From Sporopachydermia quercuum (lineage: Eukaryota): a stretch of DNA of 64,000 nucleotides. Position 1 is the stretch's first letter. Each line of letters opens with the position of its first letter. Position numbers and translations under genes: made by a program. Positions 37,318 to 49,150 of the stretch are shown here, piece by piece. Under the pieces are notes generated by a model, which saw only the letters and a list, made by a program, of their open reading frames with translations, searched no databases and was not told the DNA's origin. Location: positions 832,470 to 896,469 of the forward strand of contig BCGN01000007.1 of NCBI GenBank assembly GCA_001599295.1, read 5' to 3'.

Positions 37318-38694
37318 ATGTCAAAAATCCCAGTGAAAGTTCAATTGGGCACGAAGTCATTCCCAATTGACATTGATCTATCAGAAACAGAGACTGGTGA
37401 TGTGTTCAGATTGCAAGTTTATTCATTAACAGGAGTACCACCAGATCGTCAAAAGCTTTTAACAAAAGCTGGACTTATCAAAGATGACACTGTTATGAGC
37501 AAGCTGAATCTAAAACCTAACCAAGTCATAAGGCTAATTGGCACCCCAGAATCAGTATTAGCAACATTGAAGTCAACTCCAGCTGAAAAACCGAAGTTCA
37601 TCGAAGACTTATCGAAGACTGAACTAGCTAAGCTCAATTCCCTTGAGTTTCCGCCTGCTGGTATCAAGAATTTAGGCAACACTTGTTATCTTAACTCCTC
37701 TCTACAGGCGCTAAGGATTGTACCCGAACTCAGACCAGCATTAACAGAGAACAGTAGTTCTAATGCGTTGGTAACTAATCTAAAGAATGTTTTAACCTCT
37801 TTGGATTCCACTACTGAAGCTTATTATCCTGTATCCTTTTTGTCTACTTTGAGATCATTGTTCCCTCAGTTTGGTGAAAGGGATACAGCTCATGGAGGTA
37901 TTTATAAACAACAAGATGCAGAAGAAGCATTATCTCAAATTTTAACTTCATTAAAATCATCATTACCTAATAAAACAGTTGAGAAACTCTTTGGAATTGA
38001 TTTTAAATGTTACTCTCATTTGGCAATTCCTGTTGGTGATAGNAAAGATGAGAAAATTACTTATGAATCAAGCTTGAAGCTTGACTGTCATATTACTATT
38101 CAGACAAACTTCTTACAAGATGGAATTCGTACATCTTTGGTTGATGAGATAGAAAAGAATAGTGAAATCGTTGGTGGTAATGCAAACTATGTTATTGAAA
38201 AAAGAATCATCAAACTACCAAAATATTTGATAGTTCATTTTGTGCGATTCTTTTGGAAAAGAGAAACTCAAAAGAAGTCAAAGATTATGAGAAAAGTGTC
38301 ATTTCCTTTCCAATTAGATGTCACATCGTACTGCGACGAAGACTTGAAATCTCAAGTTATTCCTGTACGAGAAAAAATTATGGCTTTTGAAAAAGATCAT
38401 CCAAAAGCTAGTGAGAATGAAACGGAGGAATTTGGGAAAGAATTAAAATCTGCCTTTTCCGAAGGGGAGTTGGTTTCTCCTTTGTACAAACTAAACGCAG
38501 TTATAACACATCAAGGTGCTTCAGCAGACTCAGGACATTATCAGTGTTTTGCACTGAATAAAAATAAATGGTGGAGATTTGATGATGATAAGGTAACATC
38601 AGTTACTGAAGAAAAAATTGAAACATTATCAGGTGGAGGTGAGTCTGATTCCGCACTGATTCTCGTCTATAAAACAAATGATTATCAAAAGTAG
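37318..38694 (+). CDS. UBP6: Proteasome-associated deubiquitinase Ubp6 (USP14)
   Basis: N-terminal Ubl (VYSLTGVPPDRQK), Cys box GIKNLGNTCYLNSSLQ, QQDAEE, His box THQGASADSGHY; start at MSKIPV. Confidence 0.96.
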   Translation: MSKIPVKVQLGTKSFPIDIDLSETETGDVFRLQVYSLTGVPPDRQKLLTKAGLIKDDTVMSKLNLKPNQVIRLIGTPESVLATLKSTPAEKPKFIEDLSKTELAKLNSLEFPPAGIKNLGNTCYLNSSLQALRIVPELRPALTENSSSNALVTNLKNVLTSLDSTTEAYYPVSFLSTLRSLFPQFGERDTAHGGIYKQQDAEEALSQILTSLKSSLPNKTVEKLFGIDFKCYSHLAIPVGDXKDEKITYESSLKLDCHITIQTNFLQDGIRTSLVDEIEKNSEIVGGNANYVIEKRIIKLPKYLIVHFVRFFWKRETQKKSKIMRKVSFPFQLDVTSYCDEDLKSQVIPVREKIMAFEKDHPKASENETEEFGKELKSAFSEGELVSPLYKLNAVITHQGASADSGHYQCFALNKNKWWRFDDDKVTSVTEEKIETLSGGGESDSALILVYKTNDYQK

Positions 38695-39172
38695 AATACT
38701 GTTAAAACAACTAATAGGTTTAGATGTACAAATAATATCAGTTATGCAGTAGCTACAATATAGAAGATAAGGGTTCAAAATGGATTATGAGGTTCAATGT
38801 GTGTGTAAGTTGCACATAATGCTGATTCAGCCGGTTTTAATAGTTCATAACATAAACAGTAAAGTATAAAAAGTATATCTAATGAGATGATAATTATATT
38901 ACTCGTCATGTCAATAAGAACAAGACAAAAGGTACTCTCTGACTATGCAATGTCAAAGTACTTTGTTAGATAAAAGTGATACTCTAGTAGACCTTTCTAG
39001 GTCAACAGCCAGAAAGACAAACAGAAATAAATGCAACTTTCATTGTTCTAGTGTTTATGTATCAACCCTATTCTCAAACACTCGTTCATAAATCCATACA
39101 GCTCTTCTTCCTTCTTATCTCATTTCTGTTATAATTGTTCGATGCATCAAACTTCAATGATTACCCAATCAT

Positions 39173-39777
39173 TCAATACTTCTCAACAAGTTTCTTAAAC
39201 TCTTGAACTTCATCCCAACAAACCAACACTTTTTCATTCTTTTTCAGGCATTCCAATACTTTTTCCTTGGCTGCTAAAACTCCAGATTCAGGTGCAATGC
39301 TCTTGGGACCATTTGACAATTTGTCTTTCAATTGGCTCACTAACTCACTCAGTCCACTGCTGGTTAGTGCGTTCTCATCATCTGTTTTCAATACCAATTT
39401 TTCCTTCTGGGCGGCTAATTTGGTTTCTTCTTCATTCAGTAGACGTGACAATTTTTCGGAGACCTTATCGTTTATGTATTTCTCGGTATATTGTAATCTG
39501 GTGTAATCAGACTATTCATAGTTAGTATCACTTATAGTTCATGTAGATGTCTCATGAAGTATTCCACTTTGAGGACTGCAATACACACAAAAATAGGAAC
39601 CACTGCAGCTTTCGCGTTTGAATTACCAAGAGAAGTTCAAATCACTTTAATAGTTTTGCTTTTCATCATAATACATACCTCTTTGCTTTTCTCCAGATCA
39701 GAGACTAGCTTCTGTGATAGTTTCACGTCCTCTGGGACGAAAACTTTGTTATCTGTTTTTGATGCACTTGAACCCAT
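39173..39777 (-). CDS. MIC19: MICOS subunit Mic19 (DUF1690), 145 aa; exons 39777-39679, 39511-39173
   Basis: Minus-strand intron GTATGT(39678)..TACTAAC(39527-39521)..TAG(39512); MGSSAS myristoylation-type N-terminus, SDYTRLQYTEKYI, C-terminal CLKKN...CWDEVQEFKKLV; convergent with UBP6 as in YFR010W/YFR011C. Confidence 0.9.
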
Positions 39778-41375
39778 ATTGTCCACCAATTGCCTAAAAT
39801 GCCTAAATGTAAATGAATATTGGTAGTCTACTGCTAGCTTTGTTGCATATATAATTATATCCTGCCTATCATTTTGACTATATTCCATGATTTAATCCAG
39901 ATAGTAATGTAGTTGCTTCTTCTCGGGCACTACAGGATGGATAGGATAGGTACGGGTGAAAGGGTGTGAAACTGGAGTAGGGATAGTCATGTGATTTTGT
40001 GAAGCAAGATGAGACGTCATGTCAAGATACGATGAGAATTGTGACATTCAGGACACCTATTATTGGACTAAAGAAAGAAAGCTAAAGAAGAGAGAAAAAT
40101 GAGCAATAAAGTGGATAGGAAAATGACATTGGATAGTCTAGCTTGTTGGGAATATAGTAGNTGGTATTTAGAAGACGATTTTAGCGAATTGGATTTTTGT
40201 TGGAGCTCATATAGTAGCTTCTACGTTGAGGATCGCTGAGCCTCGTGTTGAATGTAGCTGAGAGAATGGAACGAACTATCATAGTGGATAAGGGATTTAT
40301 TATTTAGTATTTTTAGGATTGTAGCTACTGGGAATAGGACACTTTATTATTGGTTGAACGAGTTGTTCAAACTTGTATAGTTTTTACGGCTTTCAATAGA
40401 TTTTCTAGCCCTATCTTTTATTGTGAAGGGCATACGCTTCTTAGTTCCCGTTGTATCAGCCTATGGCAGATAACTTCTGGTTCATGCAAAAAAACATTTG
40501 GTTTCTGAGTGAAATAAAGGTTTCCCCTGATGGCATTAATTACCGCTATGTAAAATTAGTATTTACTATAAAACGAATCTCGTCGTCACATATTATTCCT
40601 TACCTAACATAACTTCCATCATAACTCACATTAAAAACAAACTTCGAAAAATTTCACTCACATATGAAACAGAAATATGACTCCTAACAGCATCAGAACA
40701 TTCACTCAATTTCATATCATCTAACATCAAACCTTGTGAACTATCTATATTAGTTCATAAGAACAAATTATATGCAGCGATCCATACTATAAGAATATAA
40801 TAAAGCAGATTAATACGACATTCGATAGTAATCTGTAGGATCAAAGATCCTTACTGCGCAGTCTCAAAACAGGTTCTTGTTTATCTCCAAACTCTTCATT
40901 GCCTATCTTTTCAGTAACCCTCCTATCAAAACAAAAAAAAGACTACCAATTGCTATTGTATCTACATACATAGTGTCTCAAAGCTACTTTCAATATCCAG
41001 TTCACACCTAATACCTCTTTTAGTTTTCATCCTTCTCAATCCCTTTCTCCATTCTCTCCCCGATGTCATTTCTTCAATCTCCTGTCGTACCCCCCAAGAA
41101 AGACCGTTATCTTCACAACACCCCCTGTATATTCCCCTTCCATATCGGGTAATATGAGAACATAGCACGTGCATATCATCAAAGTTTATTTGTCATGAGA
41201 CAATTTATTCAAATATTTATTCTTTATTGCNTATTGCCTGCTACTCATTCTGTTACTCATTCCTCTTCTCTTCTTTGCTGTTACAATAGAATCAACAATT
41301 ATCTAACAATTGAAGCTCGTTTCTGTCATATTTCCAGCATATAAACCATGGAGAAACAACGATAATCAAATAACA

Positions 41376-42896
41376 ATGAAATACGGATCCGTGAAAGACG
41401 ATTCCCAAGATCAGGACTCTACAGTCCGGGAGATCCCTGCTGATGGCTATGATTACCATTATTACTATGACTCAGAGGGAAAAAAACATCCAAAGTTAGG
41501 TGTTTTTCCTACTACAATGCTAATAATCAACAAAATGATAGGAACTGGTGTTTTCAGTACTCCAGCAACTATATATGCTTATACGCAGTCAATTCCCCAT
41601 ACACTTATCCTATGGCTCTTGGGAGGAATTATATCATTTACTGGCTTAGGAGTATATCTTGAATTTGGCCTTGCTATCCCTAAATCNGGCGGAGAATTGA
41701 ACTATTTGGAGCGGGTTTACCGCTCTCCCAAGCATCTGGTGTCTTGCATTTACGCTTTCCAGATGGTTCTACTAGGATTCTCATCCGGCAATTCCTTTGC
41801 CTTTGGAAAGTACCTATTATTCCCATTTATTGAGGAACCATCTGACTGGGCTGTCAGAACTGTTGCAGTTGGTTGTATTACTTTCTGCTGTACAATCCAT
41901 GCATTTGCCCCTTATTTTGGCAGAACGCTGTTTTCTCTACTAGGAGTTATCAAAGTAGTCGTTCTACTATCATTAGTACTATTGGGAGCACTAGCCATTA
42001 CTGGTTTGATCCCAGGTACAAGCATTAACGGAAACTATCGTGTAACTCAACAGCCATTGAACTTTTCATGGAAATCAGTTTTTCAATTGAGTGCTAGTCC
42101 ATATAACTATGCTCTAGCGTTATTACAAGTGATCTACTCATACAAAGGCTGGGAGAATGCTAACTACGTCCTGGACGAAATTAAAGCTCCTCAACGAACA
42201 CTGAAAATAGCTGGTGCCACTGCAATTTCTGCCGTTACAGCTTTATACATTCTATGCAACATAGCATATTTTTCTGTCATACCAGAGTCGGAAATCTCTT
42301 CTAGTGGAGTTATAATTGCTGGTGAATTCTGTAGAAGAATTCTTGGTACTTCATTCGCTGCAACCGTATTACCATTATTGATATCTGTTTCAAACATCGG
42401 TAATGTTCTCGTCGTTAGTTATGCCCATGCAAGAGTGAACGCTCAGTTTGCTAATCGCCATTTACTGCCATTTTCTTCTTATTTCTCTAAATTTATCAAT
42501 GGTGCTCCAAGACCTGCTTTATTATTACATTGGGCTGTCACTGTAATAGTATTAATAGTTCCTCCTCCAGGAGAGATCTACTCACTAATAATCAATCTAT
42601 ATGCATATCCTGGTACCTGGATCAATTCTTTTGTATGCATCGGATTATACTATCTACAGGTCAATTGGATTAAAGAGAAATGGTACTCTAAAGGTCACGA
42701 GTCTCATAATATTCTTACAGGTATATTTTTGATTGCTAATTTGTTTTTAGCAGTTGTTCCTTTCATTCCACCTAGTGAGAATGTTTCAGAGTATCCATAC
42801 TATTTGGTGCCATTGATAGGGGTAATAGTATTGATATCAGGAGCTGTTTATTGGGGGTATCTGAAGGTCGCCAGTTGGGAGTTTCATAACGATTAG
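41376..42896 (+). CDS. LAT/APC-family amino-acid permease, Mup1/Mup3 (methionine) type
   Basis: LIINKMIGTGVFSTP, VYLEFGLAIPKxGGELNYL, YSYKGWENANYVLDEIKAP, many hydrophobic segments; FGKY motif leans to MUP3-like. Confidence 0.85.
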   Translation: MKYGSVKDDSQDQDSTVREIPADGYDYHYYYDSEGKKHPKLGVFPTTMLIINKMIGTGVFSTPATIYAYTQSIPHTLILWLLGGIISFTGLGVYLEFGLAIPKXGGELNYLERVYRSPKHLVSCIYAFQMVLLGFSSGNSFAFGKYLLFPFIEEPSDWAVRTVAVGCITFCCTIHAFAPYFGRTLFSLLGVIKVVVLLSLVLLGALAITGLIPGTSINGNYRVTQQPLNFSWKSVFQLSASPYNYALALLQVIYSYKGWENANYVLDEIKAPQRTLKIAGATAISAVTALYILCNIAYFSVIPESEISSSGVIIAGEFCRRILGTSFAATVLPLLISVSNIGNVLVVSYAHARVNAQFANRHLLPFSSYFSKFINGAPRPALLLHWAVTVIVLIVPPPGEIYSLIINLYAYPGTWINSFVCIGLYYLQVNWIKEKWYSKGHESHNILTGIFLIANLFLAVVPFIPPSENVSEYPYYLVPLIGVIVLISGAVYWGYLKVASWEFHND

Positions 42897-43429
42897 AATA
42901 AAAACCGAGAAACGAGAGAAGGAGAAAATAAAGACGAAGGAGAAAGAGAAAGACGTTGCATGTGTATTGTATTGAGATGCATAGGAAGTTAGGTTAAGGA
43001 ATAGGGATAATATATAGTACGAATAGTTTTGACAGTATGATATATTGAGGAAGTGTCTATGATAAAGGATATGTGGGCTTTCTGTGTGCTGTCAGCAAAC
43101 AGACAAAGAGATGAACATGCAAGTGATATGAATAGTTATGATAGAACGGGGTTAAAAGGGGTTAAAGGATATTGGAATTTGAATTCTTTGGTATGGGAAT
43201 TGTATGGGAATTAGTCAGGAAATCGATATGGAATTATAGTATCATAATCATAAGAATTAGCATAGCAATTAGCATAGAAATTAGCATTTTTATCTGCATT
43301 ATTATCTAGTAAAAAATGATTGAGGCTTGATGATTTGTATAATGAGCTATCCTTCAATATGAGTTATTGCATTATTTATTTTTGCTTGGACATTTAAAAG
43401 AAAAGAAATGTAGATTCATCTTAAATTCA

Positions 43430-43475
43430 ATTATTACTATTACTATTACTATTATTATTACTATTATTATTATTA
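43430..43475. repeat. (ATT)/(ATTACT) microsatellite
   Basis: attattactattactattactattattattactattattattatta seen directly. Confidence 0.9.
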
Positions 43476-44788
43476 GAATAACTAATATGATCTCATCTAG
43501 CTATATAGATGGAATTCAGTCCTATATTTTCTGGTATGTTATTCCATGCATTGTTTATTATATTGTATATGATGACGTATTTCACTTATAGTATATAAAC
43601 TATCCAATCTTATAGGTTATGATCAAGCTCAAAGTATAGTATAGTATAGGTTATGGTGTCATATTTTACCAGTATTGTAGAACAAACCCATATAATAGCA
43701 TGCAATAATTATTGGTACTAAGAACTGTTGTATAACTAACTATTCTAGAATATACGCTACAGAAGTATCATGAAATAAGAACATCAGTTTAATACAATTA
43801 GTATTTCTATCAAATGATAGTAACCTTGGTAATCTTTTCTATCAACGGATCATACTATTGCAAGAAACCAACGAAAAGAAACCTCCATCAGTTGTGCTCT
43901 GTCACCATTGGCACCTAACTGGTGTAGTATTCTACTTACACTAAAGGTCAACCAGATATATATGAATATATTTGAAAATATATATGTAAAAAGTAACTGA
44001 ATACATATATCAGTATGAACAGTGAATCTTCCTAATGTACCTACCTGCCTATCTATTCCTCGGTACTATGCAAAACTTATCTCCTAAATCTTAATCTTTC
44101 TTGCTCTTTTCTATCTTCTACCTCCTATATGGGTTCTTCTGCTATTGCTATTAGATTTATTGTAGGCATATCAAATAGATGTTAAATAAGGAAACTTCTT
44201 TCTCCTCCCTTGTAGGGTAGGGGCTAGGAAATTCCGATGTTGTAGTTGATCATTGCCAATCAATTTAATAGTTGAAACGTTTAGCAGTTATTCTTTGACA
44301 TATAATGAGCCGTTTATACCAATTGGACTATTGTAACTGATTTCATTTGAGGAATAAAGCAACAGAATGCCGTGAAACCAGATATTCTTCGAGAACCTTC
44401 GAAATCTTCTAAGAAACTAATATATGCTGTACATTGACCGTCTTACTCAGTATAACTATTATCAAGTTCATTGCACTGATTGAATATTTCCTTTCCTCCA
44501 ATACCTGTGAATAATGAATTAATCCAGAAAGCTGCGGCTCAAACCGCTAATATTATATGAATGATTATTAGAATCAATATCGGAAATCATGATGGGTATG
44601 GATCTTAAACCCGGAGACTATATGGCTAATATTATCGCTAAATCGGAACTAATACCACAAAATCTTCATATACGGAAATGATATTATATATCTTTTCCGT
44701 TTTACATCAACCAGTTTGGAAAAATTATCTTTACAAAACTAATTGGCTACTTTTTCANTTAACTTGATCACAATATTCCCATTCCCAC

Positions 44789-47700
44789 TTACTCCACTTG
44801 CTCCTCTTTTAACCATTCATCTTCAAGAATATTCTTCATAGAAGGCCTCAACTTAATATCTCGGCTTAAAATCCTCTTAATCAACTTCAAACATTTCCCA
44901 TCACCCGTCACCCACGGAACCCTCAACTCTCCATCTATTATCTCATCCACATTATAAAAAGGATTCTCTCGATAGACTAATGTATACAGCAAAATGCCCA
45001 TTGCCCAAACATCTTGTGGTTTACCTTCGTACGGCTTACCATTCAATACTTCGGGTGCTGCATAATCAATAGTCCCTACAAACACATCAAATGGGCCTTT
45101 CTTAGTAAATGCAGCTGATCCATAATCAATCAGCTTCACAAGCCCTTCTTTATCAATAATAATGTTCTCATCTTTAATATCACGATGAACAACTCCTTTA
45201 CTATGGAGGTAATACACTGCTTGAGCTGTTTGCCGATAAATGCTTTTGATCTCTTCTTCCGACATGCTTTGCTGCATTTCAATAGCATCAAACAAATCTA
45301 CGCTTGGTGATAAGTTTGGATCTCCATGAGGCTCTGTTTCTATGTAGTAATAATCATCATCTTCGAAGAAATCAACCAAACGGAGAATATTCGGATGCGG
45401 GCAGTCATTCAAAAACGCCAGCACTTGGATCTCGGAAGGAATTGTTCCCAACTTCCGGTCTCTGACCCAGGTATCCACCAAAATACGCTTTTTGATTACC
45501 AATTTGATAACCACAAGATATTTCGGGTCGACAACAAGTTCAGCAAGAACAACTTTCCCGTAAGCGCCTTCACCCATATGTTTTATTACTTTGAAGTCAT
45601 GGAATTTCTTCTTATGTCTCTCTTTTCCGATCTCAATATTGGAGAAGACGTCGGAAGGAGAGTTAGGGCTGGACAATCTAAGGTTCAGTTTGACTGATTT
45701 GGGCGACTTAGGGGAGGCAATTTCCTCCTGAGAGGAATCGGAAGTATGCAACGATTTTCGTTTTAATTGGTCTAAGATATCTTTTCCCATCTCAACGACT
45801 TCCAGCTCGGGGAATTCAACTTCCAAGGAAGCTTCTGCAGAATCTTCCTGGCGCACAGAGTTAAGGGAAACATCAGAAATATCACGATGGCCAGGAATTG
45901 TAGCGTTATTCTCAATACTGCCGATAGTAGTATCACCATTACTGCTGCTGTTACCCATACTAACCGAAGGAGTCATCTTAAAGCTGCAAATATCTTTTGA
46001 CTGTGTTCCCGGAAGCGACAAAGATCTAGACCGGCTCTTAACGGAATCAGATCTAGAATCGGCAAGGGTTTCTTCTTTCAGCAGTTTAAGCTGTGAAGGT
46101 ACGCTTATATCGAAGTATTTGTCATTATACTCTAACTTGCCGTATAACGGAACTTCGGTATCGGAAGAAGCCGCAGACGAATGTACTGAGGAAGTCGAAC
46201 TAGACCCGGAACCGGAGCCTAAACCTGATTCGAGGCTTGACCCAGGTTCTTCCGGTTTATTTGTTTTATGGCTTTTATGATGAGATAATCTTCCATGGAT
46301 ATTTCTGGAATACGTAATCCATAGAATAATTAACCCCCCAGGAGCAATTCTCGCTTGCGCGTCTATTCTCAATTGAGTCTTATCCCTATGTATTCCGTCG
46401 ATTCCTGACGCAGACAAGAACAACGTATACGGGTCATCTGCATAATGGGTTTCCGTTTCTAATACGGGAAATAATGTCTCATTTCCAATGTCTTCNGACT
46501 TACCCCCCTCCGCCGCTATACGGCGTAAACGAGATTCCCGATTATCCTTAACAATCACCCGGGCCCACAACTTCCGAAACCAATGCTCGGGCAAAACTAA
46601 CCCGGGAACCAACCCGCAGTTTTCTTCTTTATCCTGTAGAAACGTGGACATATGAGGTATAAAACTATCAATGTGATCTCGGTACACGTCTCCTGCTCCG
46701 AACAGATTCTTCATGAAAGCCCGATTATAACTAACTATGGTGAAATCTTTGCTATTGACGATAACCATGCCGGAAATATATGGTGCTGAATTTATCCGTA
46801 CGTTCAATTTCCTTTGCCCGTGGATGATTATTTCGTTTGAACCAATAGCACCGGGAATTCGCACTCGGTCTGCGTCTACTGACGTGAAAAACCGTAATTG
46901 GTTTGTTGCCTCAGCGTCCAGTTCTCCAGTAGCAGTAAATGGCAACGTTGGCAGTAAATTCTGCAGGCTTGTTCGATTAGGAATGATTTCCAGCCCAGAA
47001 AACAGAATGCTTGATTGGCTGTCCACTGTTTCTACCACACAATCTCCTTTTTCCGGTCTGGGAACTACTAAGACCTCCACATGCTCGTTGAGCACCTGGT
47101 CGAACATAAATATGAATAAATCACCCTTTCGTTTTACGTAAACGCTGGCATAGGATTTCTGGCCCGTGGCTTTTAAAATGCCCATTATTTCGCCAGAGAC
47201 AACAACATCTGCGTCCCAAAGATGATCCCTGTACAGGGAGTTGATATTCTTGTCACCCGCGCTGTCAAAGACGTCCCTGATGCGAACCACAGTGTTTCCG
47301 GACGGTTTATTCTCCTGGTTGCGTCCGTGGCGTTCTATAGCAGACTGCAGCTTTGTCGAAAGGTAGATTTTATAGTCCGGAGGGAGAAACTCCAGTATGG
47401 ATTTCTTTTTGCCGCCAAATAAGTCTCGGTTGCTTAAACCAAATACAAGGAACGCCATGTCGTTCGCCGCAAGGATGTTCCAGGGCTGGTCAATCGTTGT
47501 GGTGAAGACCGCTTGTAGCGCAGGGCCAAATTTAGACGTAGATGCGTTGTGGAAAGGTGCAAGAGCAATCCTGTGTGCGTTATCTGAAAGCTGCTGTTGT
47601 TGCTGCTGCACGTTGTGGCTCAAGGAGTTCAGTGCATAGGTAGAAGTGGACCGCGTGAGGTAATTTGGTAACGGGCTAGCAGCGTTTTCAATAAAAGGAG

Positions 47701-49150
47701 TAGCCAGAGCGTTGATAAGTCTGATTTGAACCACCATATCTTCATCATAGTCCCGACTGTCCGGAAGACCAGTTGTAGTCAGCGACAGGGAAGATTTGGA
47801 AGAGGAATCAGATATTTCAGCGGAAGCCAGCGAAAGATCGTGGAGATTTGAAGCCACTGAGCTGAATTTGTTGGCGGAAGTCGGGATATCGAAGATATTA
47901 TCGGCGGAAGGGCTTTTCAAAGGCGCGAAATGAGTTTTTGGGGGGCTCGGATGAGGTGCGGGTCGATGGGAGACATGCGGGGAATGGAGTCCATTCTGCA
48001 GGGAACTTGCAGTAGGGTCTTCCGAGTTTTGTGGGGGAGGACTTGCAGTTGTGGCTGCCTTCNTAGGCTCGAAGCTTGTAGAGCCAGCGGAGGCCAAATT
48101 GAATTTACTGAGCTTTTCCTGCTCGGGCCCCGTGAACCCTGTACCGGAATTCCCCTGCTGGCTGAAACTACCTTGTGGGGAACCATCTCCAGGAAGCAGC
48201 GAAACGTTGTGTAGCAGATTAACAATAGCCTTGAGATCATCTTGCATGGGTATTCTTAAAGATGCTGCCCCGCCAGAACGGGAATTGCGTGTAGATGCTG
48301 CTCTCGGAGTATCAATGCCCCTGGAGGATCCAGGGAAAGAATAAATATTAAATCGGTCNGGAGAATTGACTGCTGAAGCGTTCGTGCTGGTTCCTGGCCC
48401 AGCAGGTGATCCAGGTGCTGTATTGGAGTTGAAGAAAGCGTTTAAAGCCGCTTGCGAAGGTGTCCTGGAAAGGGCTTCACTCCTAGCGTTGTCAAACAGC
48501 AGTGAACTAGGTCTTCGTTCGGGTATTCTTCGCGCAGCCCCTGTACCAGAAACCACCGAACCAGTATGCGAATTTGGTCCCGAAGACCCCGGAGGCCCCT
48601 GAGTCCCTGCTGTCCCTGGGGGAACAACCCCTAGGAAATTAGATACNTTGCGAGAAATGTCTATTTCTGAAGTATTGACTGTCGATAGTGACGTTCTCCG
48701 TTGTAGCTCTGATATAGAAGAGGCAGGCTTGTTCAGTAAACCAGGCGAGTCCTTTAAAAGCTGTAGCGACCGTTTGAGAATATTCAGCCGGAGGGTCAAT
48801 GAATTAGGAGAAAGCTGTTTGTATGAGTACGCATGGGGAGATTCTATGGGAAACCGCAGTAAATCATTTTCAGACTTAATAGCCCACGAAGGGTTTGACA
48901 CTGATGTGAAAGAGCCCGCCGTGNTAACGTTGGTACTACTAGTGTTCCGTGATCGCACCGAAGGCCGTGGAAACCCTGTAGTAGGATCCGTTAGGCTGTT
49001 GCCAGTATGAACTGATGCACCAGGTGTAATTGGTGTGATTGGCGAGACATCGAAGGCATCGTATTCTTCAGTATCAGTTACCGTAGGCACCACTGTAGGT
49101 TTCAAGTTCACATCCAGATTGCCTATGGGGTCCGTTAGATCAGCATCCAT
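44789..49150 (-). CDS. PSK1: PAS kinase (Psk1/Psk2 orthologue)
   Basis: LLRFPIESPHAYSY..LSPNSLTLRLNILKRSL, PWNILAANDMAFLVFG (PAS), kinase MGEGAYGKV..KKRILVDTWVRDRKLGTIPSEIQ, HRDIKDEN; first ATG at 49150. Confidence 0.92.
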   Translation of the reverse strand: MDADLTDPIGNLDVNLKPTVVPTVTDTEEYDAFDVSPITPITPGASVHTGNSLTDPTTGFPRPSVRSRNTSSTNVXTAGSFTSVSNPSWAIKSENDLLRFPIESPHAYSYKQLSPNSLTLRLNILKRSLQLLKDSPGLLNKPASSISELQRRTSLSTVNTSEIDISRXVSNFLGVVPPGTAGTQGPPGSSGPNSHTGSVVSGTGAARRIPERRPSSLLFDNARSEALSRTPSQAALNAFFNSNTAPGSPAGPGTSTNASAVNSXDRFNIYSFPGSSRGIDTPRAASTRNSRSGGAASLRIPMQDDLKAIVNLLHNVSLLPGDGSPQGSFSQQGNSGTGFTGPEQEKLSKFNLASAGSTSFEPXKAATTASPPPQNSEDPTASSLQNGLHSPHVSHRPAPHPSPPKTHFAPLKSPSADNIFDIPTSANKFSSVASNLHDLSLASAEISDSSSKSSLSLTTTGLPDSRDYDEDMVVQIRLINALATPFIENAASPLPNYLTRSTSTYALNSLSHNVQQQQQQLSDNAHRIALAPFHNASTSKFGPALQAVFTTTIDQPWNILAANDMAFLVFGLSNRDLFGGKKKSILEFLPPDYKIYLSTKLQSAIERHGRNQENKPSGNTVVRIRDVFDSAGDKNINSLYRDHLWDADVVVSGEIMGILKATGQKSYASVYVKRKGDLFIFMFDQVLNEHVEVLVVPRPEKGDCVVETVDSQSSILFSGLEIIPNRTSLQNLLPTLPFTATGELDAEATNQLRFFTSVDADRVRIPGAIGSNEIIIHGQRKLNVRINSAPYISGMVIVNSKDFTIVSYNRAFMKNLFGAGDVYRDHIDSFIPHMSTFLQDKEENCGLVPGLVLPEHWFRKLWARVIVKDNRESRLRRIAAEGGKXEDIGNETLFPVLETETHYADDPYTLFLSASGIDGIHRDKTQLRIDAQARIAPGGLIILWITYSRNIHGRLSHHKSHKTNKPEEPGSSLESGLGSGSGSSSTSSVHSSAASSDTEVPLYGKLEYNDKYFDISVPSQLKLLKEETLADSRSDSVKSRSRSLSLPGTQSKDICSFKMTPSVSMGNSSSNGDTTIGSIENNATIPGHRDISDVSLNSVRQEDSAEASLEVEFPELEVVEMGKDILDQLKRKSLHTSDSSQEEIASPKSPKSVKLNLRLSSPNSPSDVFSNIEIGKERHKKKFHDFKVIKHMGEGAYGKVVLAELVVDPKYLVVIKLVIKKRILVDTWVRDRKLGTIPSEIQVLAFLNDCPHPNILRLVDFFEDDDYYYIETEPHGDPNLSPSVDLFDAIEMQQSMSEEEIKSIYRQTAQAVYYLHSKGVVHRDIKDENIIIDKEGLVKLIDYGSAAFTKKGPFDVFVGTIDYAAPEVLNGKPYEGKPQDVWAMGILLYTLVYRENPFYNVDEIIDGELRVPWVTGDGKCLKLIKRILSRDIKLRPSMKNILEDEWLKEEQVE

